This document shows, in pieces, positions 6,557-16,786 of a stretch of 38,292 bases of DNA. Both the position numbers and the translations under genes were made by a program. The DNA is from Candidatus Undinarchaeota archaeon (GTDB taxonomy: Archaea; SpSt-1190): NCBI GenBank assembly GCA_964549355.1, contig CAZJUS010000003.1, positions 1 through 38,292 on the forward strand, written 5' to 3'. How positions within the stretch are numbered: position 1 is the first letter of the stretch; each line of letters starts with the position of its first letter. Below the pieces are notes generated by a model. That model had not been told where the DNA came from, searched no databases, and was given only the letters and a program-made list of their open reading frames with translations.

Positions 6557-7811
6557 TTTTGTTTGGCAAATCTTTCAGATTCACTTTTTCTCTGGATTGG
6601 CCGAACATGACTGTTGCCTCTCCGCTGTCAACTTCCTGCTTTCCAATAAAAATCAGGACAGGAATTCCCAGCTTCCTGTAATATTCACTTTGCTTTTTGT
6701 CTTTTCGGTCCATCAAGTCAACCCGAACCTTGATTCCGTTCCGCCTAAGGAGGTCTGCAACTTTCCAGCTGTATGATTTTGCACCTATGTTTATTATTCC
6801 CACCTCAGCAGATGTCTTTTTCTCTTTCTTGAAAATTCCCAGCTCCAACCCGGCGTCAATCAGCCTTTCCACTCCTATGGTGGTCCCTGTTGCAGGCAGG
6901 TCTTTTCCGCCGTATTTGGCGATTAGACCATCATAACGGCCCCCTCCGGTTATGCTACCTATGGCGGGAGCTTCGACCAAAGTCTCGAAGATAGGGCCGG
7001 TGTAGTAGTCCAACCCTCTGACCATGCCCAGTTTCAATGAAATTTTTTCTGTTGGAATAAGTGCAAGGATTTCTTCCAAATCCCTCTTCGACTCTTCGAT
7101 GTCGGAGTTTTTGAATTTTTCTGAAATTTCTTCTAGGACTTGGCCGGGCTTTCCAGAAATTTTCAATATTTTCATAACTTCGTTCACTTTTTTGCCGTCG
7201 ATAATCTTACCCAGCTCTTTTTTCACTCCGTCTTCACCAATTTTGTCAAGCTTGTCGATAACAGTGTAAAGTGCTCCTGGATTTTTTATGCCAATCCCTT
7301 TTTCGAATATGCCTCTAAGCAATCTTCGGTCATTCAGATTCACTGTGAATTCATTAAATCCGAATTCTTTCATGACTTCGAGGGTTAAGTTCAATATCAG
7401 AGCGTCAGCTTCAGGTCTGGGCGAGCCTACAACGTCTGCATCGCACTGCCAAAATTCCCGATACCTTCCTTTCTGTGGCCTGTCATGGCGGTACACACGG
7501 CCGATATGATATCTGCAGAATGGAAGGGGGATGTTTGGGTTCTCAGCCATATATCTTGCAAGGGGCACCGTCAGATCGTACCGGAGTGCCATTTCGCGCC
7601 CGCTCCATTTGTCTTTGAAGTAATACAGCATCTGGTTTTCAGCTTCGTCTCCGTACTTGCCCTTCATGGTCTCCCACAATTCAACAACCGGGGTCCCGAA
7701 GGGGTCAAATCCAAATCTTTCGAAAATAGCTTCAAGCCGTGAGAACACCGACTTGCGCAGAAGCATGATTTCCGGGCTGAAATCCCTCATCCCTTTAGGT
7801 GCGGGAGACAT
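6534..7811 (-). CDS. hisS: Histidine--tRNA ligase
   Basis: PKGMRDF, LRYDLTVPLAR, GRYREFWQCDAD, RGLDYYTG, GGGRYDGL. Confidence 0.97.
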   Translation of the reverse strand: MSPAPKGMRDFSPEIMLLRKSVFSRLEAIFERFGFDPFGTPVVELWETMKGKYGDEAENQMLYYFKDKWSGREMALRYDLTVPLARYMAENPNIPLPFCRYHIGRVYRHDRPQKGRYREFWQCDADVVGSPRPEADALILNLTLEVMKEFGFNEFTVNLNDRRLLRGIFEKGIGIKNPGALYTVIDKLDKIGEDGVKKELGKIIDGKKVNEVMKILKISGKPGQVLEEISEKFKNSDIEESKRDLEEILALIPTEKISLKLGMVRGLDYYTGPIFETLVEAPAIGSITGGGRYDGLIAKYGGKDLPATGTTIGVERLIDAGLELGIFKKEKKTSAEVGIINIGAKSYSWKVADLLRRNGIKVRVDLMDRKDKKQSEYYRKLGIPVLIFIGKQEVDSGEATVMFGQSREKVNLKDLPNKIKTFLKA

Positions 7812-7848
7812 ACTAACCACATGCAGCAGGGCTATAAAAGACTTAATT

Positions 7849-8466
7849 ATGGACCTGTTCCTGCCTTGTGTGGAAATGCCTCATTTCGTAATCGACATGG
7901 GCTTGTGGCCCTACCACTCTCCGCAGGAAAAGAAGCTTCTGATGAGGCAGATAAAGCTTTCAATCTTCGAGGTCAGAGCGTTCGGCTCTGATAAGAATTT
8001 GAGCTTGGTTTCTGTGCCTGAAGATTTGGCCAAAAAGGTTTCAAAGTGGGGTTTCTCTGGAGGCATCTCTTCAGAAAAAGCCGAAGGAGTGAATTTAGTT
8101 TTGCTGGATCCTCATGCTGATGATGTGCTGAAAAATGTGGATTTGAATAAGAGGTATATTATTGGCGGGATAGTCGATAAAAGCCGTAGAATTAAAACTC
8201 GTTCACTTTGGTATGATGTTCCGCGGAAGAAGCTCGAATTTTGCGGTTCCACTGTGGGGGTGCCGGATCGAATAAACTTGCTGATTAGAATTTTATGTGA
8301 AAACGCAAAAGGAATTCCAATTCGCAAATCAATTATTAACAACATGCCTAGGAGAGAAAAAAGTGAACGAGTGAAAATGGAGATGTCCCGTGGAAAATCA
8401 ACTTCCGAAGTTGCCGATCTTCTTCAAATTCCAGAAACTGAGGTCTTGAAATTTATTCAACAGTAA
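7849..8466 (+). CDS. trm10: Archaeal Trm10-type tRNA m1R9 methyltransferase (SPOUT)
   Basis: PHFVID..W..H...EK, VLLDPHAD, YIIGGIVD and VGVPDRIN motifs. Start at 7849 or 7876. Confidence 0.85.
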   Translation: MDLFLPCVEMPHFVIDMGLWPYHSPQEKKLLMRQIKLSIFEVRAFGSDKNLSLVSVPEDLAKKVSKWGFSGGISSEKAEGVNLVLLDPHADDVLKNVDLNKRYIIGGIVDKSRRIKTRSLWYDVPRKKLEFCGSTVGVPDRINLLIRILCENAKGIPIRKSIINNMPRREKSERVKMEMSRGKSTSEVADLLQIPETEVLKFIQQ

Positions 8467-10168
8467 CGCTTTTGGCCAGATTTCTCGGTTTGTCGGGGTC
8501 TTTTCCCAGGAGAACTGCTGTGTGGTAGGCAAGCAACTGCAAAGGGATTATGTACGATATGGGTGAATACTCATTTTGGATTTTTGGCAGTCCGTAAAAA
8601 CGGTCGGACAGCTCTTCCAATTCTTTATCGCCGTTTTCCCCGAAAATGAAAAGTTTTCCGCCTCTGGCTTTTATTTCTTCAAGATTGCCCATCATCTTCT
8701 TCCGGTGTTCGTCATTTGGGCAAATTGCAATGATAGGGGTTCCTGTCTCAATTAACGCAAGCGGTCCGTGTTTCAACTCGCCGCCTTCGTAGGCCTCCGC
8801 ATGGATATATGCCAACTCTTTTAATTTGAGTGCACCTTCCTTCGCAGTAACCACACTTGGCCCGCGCCCAATGTAAAACAACTCTTTCACATTTTTTAGT
8901 TCGTTTGCAAGCGGTTTCATTTTTTTGTCAAAATCAGCAACATGATTTAAATCAAATCTCGGACGCGGGTTTCCTTTCATTACAGCATCTACAGCGTATA
9001 AAACTGCTAATTGAGATGTGAATGTTTTTGTTGCAGCAACTCCAATTTCAGGACCTGCATGCGTGTGAATAATGAAATCTGAAATCCGGGTTAAGGTCGA
9101 ACCGTTTACATTCACAAGACCGTAAACTTTTTCACCCCTTTCATGTGCAATTCTTGCAGCCTGCAGAGTGTCGGCAGTTTCACCGCTTTGGCTTATTGCC
9201 AAAATACTGCCTCCACGATACAATGCGCCGAATTCACTCGAAATAATAAGTCTGCCTTTTATTTTTGAAGCATATAGGAACGCCAGCCCGGCATGTTGTG
9301 AAGTGCCTGCTGCCACAATGTCTATTTCATCTTCGAGATTTTTTGCAAATTCGTCAATTTTGGCATCCAATAATGTGTTTCTGACAGCATCCGATTGCTC
9401 ATATATTTCCTTGAGCATGAAGTGTGAATAGCCGTTTTTCATGGCATCCTTTACGGACCATTTAATGTTATTTATTTCCCGATTGACTGCATGACCATTT
9501 GACTCAATGTAGATGGTGTCTTTGTCAATAAACCCCATATCTCCATCCTGAACGAATATTGCTTTTTTGGTATGTTTAAGAAAAGCGACAACATCACTGG
9601 CCACAAAGTTTTCACTATTGTGCGTGCCTTTGCCTATAACCAACGGGCTGTGGTTTCTTGCGAAGAAAATCCTGCGGTCCCCTTTCACCATTGCAAGAAT
9701 TGCATAACTCCCTTCCAATTTGGATACAGTTTTTTTGAAAGCAGTGAATGGGTCGAAATTTTTTAGTTTTTGTGCGAAGAGTTGCGGGATGACTTCTGTG
9801 TCGGTGTCGGATATGAATTCAACACCTTTTGATTTTAATTCACGTTTCAGTTCCATGAAGTTTTCAATAATTCCATTGTGAACGGCGACCACTCGGAGGT
9901 TTGCGTCGCTGTGGGGGTGGGCGTTGATGCGGTTCGGCGCTCCGTGTGTCGCCCATCGCGTGTGGCCGATGGCAGTGTGGGCATCGGGGAGCTGTTTGAT
10001 TTTTTCTGCAAGGTCGTCGACCTTCCCCGCATTTTTTGCAATTGAGATTTCGGCGTTGCTGACTGCGATGCCCGCAGAGTCATAGCCCCGGTATTCCAGG
10101 GTCTTCAGGCCTTCAAAAACCACCTGTTTCGCATTTTTTGCCCCTGCGCACCCCACAATGCCACACAT
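8453..10168 (-). CDS. glmS: Glutamine--fructose-6-phosphate aminotransferase
   Basis: N-terminal MCGIVG, LEYRGYDSAG, GHTRWATHG, ISQSGETADT, C-terminal PRNLAKSVTVE. Confidence 0.98.
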   Translation of the reverse strand: MCGIVGCAGAKNAKQVVFEGLKTLEYRGYDSAGIAVSNAEISIAKNAGKVDDLAEKIKQLPDAHTAIGHTRWATHGAPNRINAHPHSDANLRVVAVHNGIIENFMELKRELKSKGVEFISDTDTEVIPQLFAQKLKNFDPFTAFKKTVSKLEGSYAILAMVKGDRRIFFARNHSPLVIGKGTHNSENFVASDVVAFLKHTKKAIFVQDGDMGFIDKDTIYIESNGHAVNREINNIKWSVKDAMKNGYSHFMLKEIYEQSDAVRNTLLDAKIDEFAKNLEDEIDIVAAGTSQHAGLAFLYASKIKGRLIISSEFGALYRGGSILAISQSGETADTLQAARIAHERGEKVYGLVNVNGSTLTRISDFIIHTHAGPEIGVAATKTFTSQLAVLYAVDAVMKGNPRPRFDLNHVADFDKKMKPLANELKNVKELFYIGRGPSVVTAKEGALKLKELAYIHAEAYEGGELKHGPLALIETGTPIIAICPNDEHRKKMMGNLEEIKARGGKLFIFGENGDKELEELSDRFYGLPKIQNEYSPISYIIPLQLLAYHTAVLLGKDPDKPRNLAKSVTVE

Positions 10169-10312
10169 ACCCCAACGAACCACCTGCCAATTAAAGCATT
10201 TTTGAAGGTTTAATCGCAGTTTAAGAGTATTTTCAAATCTGAGTTTCATTCATTTTATAAATGGTTTTTTAGTATTGATAACTTTTATATAGTGCCTGAA
10301 GGAGATTTGCCT

Positions 10313-10723
10313 ATGCCTATTTGGAGAACTACTATAACCAAGGTTTCAGCTGAGCGAGGGAGCATTACGTCACCAAAAATGCAGGTTGAAGTCAGCCCCA
10401 GGATCGGCAAGGCCAAAATGGAGAAAGCCGGCGGCTCCGAGCTGCTGAAAGTGCCTTATGACCTCAATATCAGCTACGGGGATGCCGGAAAGATTGTCGT
10501 GAGCGGCGATGTCTTTTTCATTGGCGAATCCAGTGAAGTCTTGAAGGATGGAACTCTTCAGGATGTGGAACTCCTCCGCCAGGTTTACCAAAGACTTTTT
10601 GTTGAACCCATGGTTCTTGCAATTTCACTTGCCAAAGAATTGGTGCTCCCCCTGCCGGTCCAGATGCCGCAGGTCAAGATTGAGCAGGCAGGCAAGAAAC
10701 CGGAAAAGCCAGGCAAAAAGTGA
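10313..10723 (+). CDS. Conserved archaeal hypothetical protein (possibly SecB-like fold)
   Basis: MPI...TKVSAER N-terminus and LAKELVLPLPVQMP C-terminus. GGAGA SD upstream. Confidence 0.7.
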   Translation: MPIWRTTITKVSAERGSITSPKMQVEVSPRIGKAKMEKAGGSELLKVPYDLNISYGDAGKIVVSGDVFFIGESSEVLKDGTLQDVELLRQVYQRLFVEPMVLAISLAKELVLPLPVQMPQVKIEQAGKKPEKPGKK

Positions 10724-10737
10724 ATTGTTCGGGTGCT

Positions 10738-11145
10738 TTACTGCGGGAGCGGTGAAGTTGCTCCGCATGCAAGGCATTTCATTACTTTGATTCTGTCCAC
10801 TTTTTCTATCTTTGTGTCCGGTTTTCCGCAGACCGGGCAGATTACGCAGTTTTTGACATAGATGTCCATCTTTTTTTGGATGAGCATCGCACCGAATCTT
10901 CCAACAAAAATTACGCGGTTGCCTTCAATTCTGAAGCTGGCTCCAAGGTCTCTGCTGATATATTTGGCCATGTGGTGGATGTCCCTGTTCACATAATTGG
11001 CAATTTCTTGGGCGTTGGCCCAGATGACTTTTTTGCCTTCGGTAACTACTTTGACTTTTGGAACTTCAAACCTCTTTTTCTCAAAAATAATGGGCGGCAT
11101 TTTTTCGTACGCCCGTTTCAGCATCCTATCGTAATCTGCAGTCAT
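10738..11145 (-). CDS. eif2b: Translation initiation factor aIF2 subunit beta
   Basis: YDRMLKRAY, RFEVP, and zinc ribbon CPVCGKPDT...CLACGA. Confidence 0.95.
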   Translation of the reverse strand: MTADYDRMLKRAYEKMPPIIFEKKRFEVPKVKVVTEGKKVIWANAQEIANYVNRDIHHMAKYISRDLGASFRIEGNRVIFVGRFGAMLIQKKMDIYVKNCVICPVCGKPDTKIEKVDRIKVMKCLACGATSPLPQ

Positions 11146-11270
11146 CTTAATTAATTCAGTTCTCTGTTTAAAAACTGAAGGGATGCTTGCTTTAAGGGGG
11201 CTCCAAGGCAGCATGCGCACCGGCAGAATCTTTCCGAAAGTTATTTCAGCAACTTCATGTCCCGTAGTTT

Positions 11271-11924
11271 GTGAAGGCGGTAATTTTTGACATGGACGGC
11301 GTAATTGCCGACACTCAAAAAGTCCATGGGGCGCTTGACCGCCTTCTGCTGAAAGAATGCGGTGTTGATATCCCCGGCCACGAAATCAGCGCCCGGTTTG
11401 CAGGAATCCCTTCGGAAGAAGTATATCGGATTGTCTTGGAGGAAAATGGAAAAACCGGCAATCCAATGGAAATGGTCCAGAGAAAAAAGCAGATGTTCCG
11501 CGACGAAATTATGAAAGGTGTTGAAAGTGTTGAGGGCGCCGTTGAGCTTGTTCGCGACCTCCACAAAAGGAAAATTCCGATTGCAGTTGCATCATCTACC
11601 GACCGGGACGGCATCGACCATGTCCTGAAAACCTTGGGCATCCTCCACCTTTTCAACGCCGTTGTTTCAGGCAGTGAAGTCCCCAGGGGCAAGCCGGCTC
11701 CTGATATTTTTCTGCGGGCTGCAGAACTGATCGGCGTTCCACCGGAGCACTGCATTGTGGTTGAAGACGGAATTGGAGGAGTCCTCGGTGCCCAGAAGGC
11801 CGGCATGAAAGTAATCGGGTTCGGCAGGGCCGTTGAAACAATTGCAGACCTTTCTGTCCACAGCATGGACGAAGTCAAGCAGGTGATTGGGCATTTCTTG
11901 GAGAAAGGCGTCCTCAAAGGATGA
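11271..11924 (+). CDS. HAD-superfamily phosphatase (beta-phosphoglucomutase-like, subfamily IA)
   Basis: FDMDGVIADT, VASS, GKPAPDIF, VVEDG..G..GAQKAGM. Confidence 0.93.
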   Translation: MKAVIFDMDGVIADTQKVHGALDRLLLKECGVDIPGHEISARFAGIPSEEVYRIVLEENGKTGNPMEMVQRKKQMFRDEIMKGVESVEGAVELVRDLHKRKIPIAVASSTDRDGIDHVLKTLGILHLFNAVVSGSEVPRGKPAPDIFLRAAELIGVPPEHCIVVEDGIGGVLGAQKAGMKVIGFGRAVETIADLSVHSMDEVKQVIGHFLEKGVLKG

Positions 11925-12967
11925 CCGCCGTTTTCGGCACTCCGCCCGAAGAGTTAGCGATAAATAATCCCCCTGCTTTGGATTTTGTGGTGGAGCGCCT
12001 TTTTTCTGCAGAATGCCTGGAGTACCGGGCGGAATTCAACACCCGCCTCAAGGCATATGTGCGGGAGCTTATTGAAGGGCACCCCCTGCTGGAAGCAGGA
12101 CTTCAGGGCCTTTTGGATGTTGACAACTTGGCGCTCCCCTGCCCCGGTCTGCTCGGGAAGCTCAGACACACCCTCAACATCATCGCAGCATCCGTTGTCC
12201 GCGGGGATTCAGTATCCCTGCTGGTTGCAGACCCTTCACTTGAAGCATCGAAGAGGGAGGGCACAGGCAAGACAGCCATTGTGTCCAAGCTGATGGGCAT
12301 CGAAGTGCCGTATGACGCCTTCAAGCCCGTGCCCACCAATGAGCAGGAGCTCAAAGTGGCCCTTGGAAGGCTCCGTTCGATGGAGAAGATCAGGGTCGCC
12401 CATTCCAACAAGGAGCTGAAAATTTTAACTTCAGACATGCCCTTTGTCGGCATCAATGAGGAAGGCGTCATGGTTGCATGCCCCCCGCAGGGAGAGTACC
12501 TGGTTTCCATGTGGGATCTGGGCCGGCACATCATGAGGGTCATAGACCCCAATTACTACCCCGGCAAACGCAGGAAGGACATGGTTTTCAGGGCATACCA
12601 AAAAGAAGTGTCCAAAGGGTTCTATTTTGATTTTGACCTTTTTGCTGATTTTTCCAAAGCTTACAGGGTGACATCCATTTTTATGGTGACCCGCCCCGAC
12701 AAAGGTGAGCTGAGACTTGACAGGGTTCCTGCCGGCGGGGTGCTGCAGCAACTGCGGGCAATACTGGAGGACAACCCCCTGTACCACGAGTCGACATTCT
12801 GGCGCCTCAACAAAGACGTCCACCTGGAGAGGGCAAACCGCATGCTTAATTTCCTGGAGGCGCTGGAGGAGGATTCGAGGCCTGCAATATACAAGCTTGC
12901 CGTCCCTGCAGGCGGCCGCAGGCCCATTGAAGAGGCTTCGACTTTAATTTCGAGGTTTATTCCTTAG
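11921..12967 (+). CDS. Hypothetical P-loop protein, possibly a divergent HPr-kinase-like protein
   Basis: IIAASVVRGDSVSLLVA...EGTGKT followed by ILTSDMPFV. ATGA overlap with the HAD gene. Confidence 0.6.
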   Translation: MTAVFGTPPEELAINNPPALDFVVERLFSAECLEYRAEFNTRLKAYVRELIEGHPLLEAGLQGLLDVDNLALPCPGLLGKLRHTLNIIAASVVRGDSVSLLVADPSLEASKREGTGKTAIVSKLMGIEVPYDAFKPVPTNEQELKVALGRLRSMEKIRVAHSNKELKILTSDMPFVGINEEGVMVACPPQGEYLVSMWDLGRHIMRVIDPNYYPGKRRKDMVFRAYQKEVSKGFYFDFDLFADFSKAYRVTSIFMVTRPDKGELRLDRVPAGGVLQQLRAILEDNPLYHESTFWRLNKDVHLERANRMLNFLEALEEDSRPAIYKLAVPAGGRRPIEEASTLISRFIP

Positions 12968-13048
12968 TTTTACCGCAATTTAAGTTAAGGCATATATTTA
13001 AAAAACCGGCTTTTATGTCTCACAGTTGAGAATCAATAGGTGAAAACT

Positions 13049-14329
13049 ATGGCAGAAAAACCACACTTGAATATCGTGTTTGTAGGACACGTGGATCACG
13101 GTAAAAGCACCACCGTGGGTAGGTTGCTCTATGATACAGGTAACGTGCCCGAAAATGTAATGCGGAAACTGAAGGAGGAGGCAGGCAAGGCCGGGAAAGC
13201 CACCTGGGAGTTCGCATTCGTAATGGACAGGCTGAAGGAAGAGCGTGAGCGCGGTCTGACTATTGACATTGCGCATCACGAGTTTACGACCAACAAATAC
13301 TATGTGACTGTTATCGACGCGCCCGGCCACAAGGACTTTGTCAAAAACATGATCACAGGCACCAGCCAGGCGGATGCAGCAGTCCTCATGGTCTCCGCCA
13401 AGGAGGGCCCGCAGGCCCAGACCAAGGAGCACATAACGCTGGTCAAGACTGCAGGCATTTCACAGCTTGTCGTCTGCATCAACAAGATGGACGAAGTCAA
13501 CTTCGACGAGAAGCGCTTCAACGAAGTCAAGGAGGAGCTGACCAATGCACTGAAGCTGGTGGGCTTCGACCCCAGCAAGATTCCGTTCATCCCGACTTCC
13601 GGATACCTGGGAGACAATGTGTGCAAGAAAAGCGAAAACATGCCTTGGTACAAGGGCGAGACCCTGCTTGAGGCCATAGACAAATACTTTGAGCCCCCAA
13701 ACATCGACACTCTGGCTTCAATGCCTCTGCGCCTGCCAATCCAGGACACCTACACCATTTCAGGCATAGGGACTGTTCCTGTGGGGAGGGTGGAGACTGG
13801 AGTCCTCAAAGTCAATGACAAGGTGGTCTTCATGCCTTCCAATGTGGGCGGTGAAGTGAAATCAATTGAGATGCACCACCAGCCCCTGCAGGAAGCCAAA
13901 CCCGGCGACAATGTGGGCTTCAACGTCCGCGGTATCGGCAAAGGCGATGTAAGGCGCGGCGATGTCTGCGGTCCGGCCAACAACCCGCCCACCGTGGTGG
14001 AGGGCTTCACGGCGCAGATAGTGGTCCTGAACCACCCGACCGTAATCGCAGTCGGCTATTCGCCGGTTTTCCATATGCACACCGCACAGGTCGCTTGCAG
14101 GATCACCAAGATCCTGAAGAAGATAGACCCCAAGAGCGGCCAGGTCGTGGCTGAAAACCCCGACTTCATCAAGACCGGCGACGCAGCCGTGGTCGAAATC
14201 ACGCCCAACCAGCCCCTCTGTGCTGAGAAGTACAAGGACATCCCGCCTCTGGGCAGGTTCTCCATGAGGGACATGGGCATGACAGTCGGCGTCGGCATGA
14301 TAATAGACGTGAAGAAGAAGGCCATGTAA
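13049..14329 (+). CDS. tuf: Translation elongation factor EF-1alpha
   Basis: [38 protein letters not shown] upstream. Confidence 0.99.
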   Translation: MAEKPHLNIVFVGHVDHGKSTTVGRLLYDTGNVPENVMRKLKEEAGKAGKATWEFAFVMDRLKEERERGLTIDIAHHEFTTNKYYVTVIDAPGHKDFVKNMITGTSQADAAVLMVSAKEGPQAQTKEHITLVKTAGISQLVVCINKMDEVNFDEKRFNEVKEELTNALKLVGFDPSKIPFIPTSGYLGDNVCKKSENMPWYKGETLLEAIDKYFEPPNIDTLASMPLRLPIQDTYTISGIGTVPVGRVETGVLKVNDKVVFMPSNVGGEVKSIEMHHQPLQEAKPGDNVGFNVRGIGKGDVRRGDVCGPANNPPTVVEGFTAQIVVLNHPTVIAVGYSPVFHMHTAQVACRITKILKKIDPKSGQVVAENPDFIKTGDAAVVEITPNQPLCAEKYKDIPPLGRFSMRDMGMTVGVGMIIDVKKKAM

Positions 14330-14331
14330 AC

Positions 14332-14372
14332 AGGGTGCCCTTGCACCCTTTTGCTTTATTTTTTTATTTTTC
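14332..14372 (+). terminator. Hairpin plus T-tract terminator after tuf
   Basis: AGGGTGC-CCTT-GCACCCT (14332-14349) followed by T-rich runs. Confidence 0.65.
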
Positions 14373-14405
14373 TCAATATTTTTAAAGCGGGTTGCTACTT
14401 TTTCC

Positions 14406-15083
14406 ATGCGGTATCTGCTTGTATCTGACTTCAATTTTCCCGAACATTCCTTCAATGAATTTGAAAGTTTCATTTCAGACAAGCGGTTTGATGGGGCGGT
14501 TTTTTGCGGGGATATGGCGGCCGCCGGGCGCATCCATGAAATGAAGGAAAAAGCAGACAGTATCCTGAAGGGCAAGCCGTATGTTTATGTAAGGGGCAAT
14601 ACTGAAAGGGCTTCGGATGCCCCCTTCCTGAAGGATTACGCAGATATCGACGGCTGGCACATCATTCACGGGCACCAGTATGATCCGGGGTATTCAAAAT
14701 TTTTCCAGTATTTTTTCCGCCAGAGGGCGGATAGAAAAGTGAGCAAGGCCTTGTTCAAGGCTGTCAAGTTTGTGAGGGGGATTGTCAAGCACGCATACGG
14801 CGACATCAATTGCGATGAGCTTGAGAGCGGTGTTGTTCCACGCACAGCGGGGAAAGTGGTGGGCAGAATATTTCCGGATGCCTGCCCCAATGCAGTCTGC
14901 CGCAAGGTTTTGTCAAAAGAGCCGTATGATAAAGTTGCCTTGGGCCATTTTCATCCGTTTTCCCATAAAACCTATGCCGACAAAGCAGGGGCCAAGGTCT
15001 GCGCCTTCCTGCCCGCCTTCCCGGACTTTGCGTATCTGGAGGACGGCCGGCTGATTTTTCAGGAGAGCCGGCATGAGAGTTAA
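14406..15083 (+). CDS. Calcineurin-like metallophosphoesterase (degenerate motifs)
   Basis: VSDFN, CGD, RGNTE, IHGH and GHFH in the canonical order. Confidence 0.75.
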   Translation: MRYLLVSDFNFPEHSFNEFESFISDKRFDGAVFCGDMAAAGRIHEMKEKADSILKGKPYVYVRGNTERASDAPFLKDYADIDGWHIIHGHQYDPGYSKFFQYFFRQRADRKVSKALFKAVKFVRGIVKHAYGDINCDELESGVVPRTAGKVVGRIFPDACPNAVCRKVLSKEPYDKVALGHFHPFSHKTYADKAGAKVCAFLPAFPDFAYLEDGRLIFQESRHES

Positions 15084-15121
15084 CACTGTTAATTTTATAA
15101 ACCCCGCCCCCTCCCCCAACC

Positions 15122-16270
15122 ATGGAAGTCTACCTTGACCATGCGGCCACGACTCCGGTCGACCCGGAAGTCCTGGATGCCATGCAACCTTTCTTTTCAC
15201 AGAAGTTCGGCAACACATCAAGCCTGCACAAGTGGGGGCGGGACGCCAGGCAGGCGGTCGACCGCGCCAGGGAGATTATTGCCGGGGCTGTCAGGGCAGA
15301 CCCAAAAGAAGTGGTCTTCACTTCCGGCGGAACCGAGGCCAATAATTTTGCCGTGAAGGGGGTGGCCTTCGCCAACCGGGAGCGTGGCAAACACATAATC
15401 ACCCAGAAAACGGAGCATGACTGTGTCCTGAACGCCTGCAGATGGCTGAAAAAATTCGGATTTGAAGTTACTTTCCTGGATGTGGATGAACACGGCCTTG
15501 TCAATCCGGCCGATGTAGAGAAGGCCGTTCGTCCCGATACAATCCTCGTAACTATCATGCATGCCAACAATGAGATTGGCACAGTCCAGCCAATAAAGGA
15601 AATCGGCCGGGCCATAAAAACCAAGAACCCAAAAACCCTCTTCCATACTGATGCCTGCCAGAGCTTCACCAAGGAGCCCCTCAATCTCCACGACTTCAAT
15701 CTCGACCTCATTACTATCAACGCCCACAAAATATACGGCCCCAAAGGCGTCGGCGCCCTGGTCATCAAAAAAGGCACCAAGATTGACCCCCTACTCCACG
15801 GCGGAGGCCACGAATCCGGCAGGAGGAGCGGGACCACCAACACCCCCGGCATCGTCGGATTCGGGAAGGCGGTCGAGCTTGCAACCCCGGAAAAAACCGA
15901 AAAGATGAGGAAGGCCCGCGACCGCTTGGTCAAGAGGGTGCTGGACGAAATTCCGGAGACTGCCCTCAACGGCCACCCCGTCAGACGGCTGGCCAACAAC
16001 GCCAATATATCCTTTAAGGGTGCGGAGGGCGAAGCCCTCCTCCTCCGGCTTGATGTGAGGGGGATTGCAGCTTCAACCGGGTCTGCCTGCTCCTCGAAAA
16101 CCCTAGAGCCCAGCCACACCCTGATGGCCATAGGGCGCAGGCCCGAACTCGCGCATGCGAGCATAAGGATGACGACAGGCCACGAAACGACCCCTGAGCA
16201 GATTGACTATGTGGTTGATGTCCTGAAAGAAGAGGTCGAAGACCTCCGCAAGATGAGTGCAACATGGTGA
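15122..16270 (+). CDS. iscS: Cysteine desulfurase IscS/NifS
   Basis: YLDHAATT, FTSGGTEANN, AHKIYGPKG (PLP lysine), STGSACSS. Confidence 0.97.
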   Translation: MEVYLDHAATTPVDPEVLDAMQPFFSQKFGNTSSLHKWGRDARQAVDRAREIIAGAVRADPKEVVFTSGGTEANNFAVKGVAFANRERGKHIITQKTEHDCVLNACRWLKKFGFEVTFLDVDEHGLVNPADVEKAVRPDTILVTIMHANNEIGTVQPIKEIGRAIKTKNPKTLFHTDACQSFTKEPLNLHDFNLDLITINAHKIYGPKGVGALVIKKGTKIDPLLHGGGHESGRRSGTTNTPGIVGFGKAVELATPEKTEKMRKARDRLVKRVLDEIPETALNGHPVRRLANNANISFKGAEGEALLLRLDVRGIAASTGSACSSKTLEPSHTLMAIGRRPELAHASIRMTTGHETTPEQIDYVVDVLKEEVEDLRKMSATW

Positions 16271-16274
16271 TGAA

Positions 16275-16739
16275 ATGTACAATGAGAAAGTCATGGCATA
16301 CTTCCTGCACCCGAAGAACGTCGGCGAAATCAAGGACGCGGACGGGGTCGGGAAGGTCGGCAATATAGTGTGCGGCGACGTCATGTATCTGTATATCAAA
16401 GTCAGGGACGGAAAAATCGCAGACATAAAATTCCGGACCCTTGGCTGTGCAGCGGCCATTGCCACCAGCAGCATAGTGACTGAGATGGTGAAGGGCAGGA
16501 CCATCGATGAGGCCCTCAAAATCACCAATATGGACATTGCCAAGGAGCTTGGCGGGCTGCCACCGATAAAAATGCACTGTTCACTTTTGGCGGCCGATGC
16601 CCTTAAGATGGCCGTCCACGACTACTTCACCCGAAGCAAGCGGGAGATTCCGGACTGGCTGGAGGCGGAGTGCCGGCGGATCAGGAAGGAGACGGAATCC
16701 GTGGAAGCCCACCATCACGGAGCCAAAACGGCCGACTAG
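16275..16739 (+). CDS. iscU: Fe-S cluster scaffold IscU/NifU
   Basis: GNIVCGD, FRTLGCAAAIA, LPPIKMHCS. GGTGA SD before ATG 16275. Confidence 0.95.
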   Translation: MYNEKVMAYFLHPKNVGEIKDADGVGKVGNIVCGDVMYLYIKVRDGKIADIKFRTLGCAAAIATSSIVTEMVKGRTIDEALKITNMDIAKELGGLPPIKMHCSLLAADALKMAVHDYFTRSKREIPDWLEAECRRIRKETESVEAHHHGAKTAD

Positions 16740-16786
16740 AGCGCTTTGTTGCAGTTCATTTTTTAAACCTCTGAAAAACAGCCTCG

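Noticed and set aside
7657..7848. N-terminal extension of the Trm10 ORF
   Set aside because: Overlaps the 5' end of hisS on the other strand; homology-like sequence starts near 7876.
15130..16164. 344-aa minus-strand ORF
   Set aside because: Antisense shadow of iscS with no recognisable motifs.
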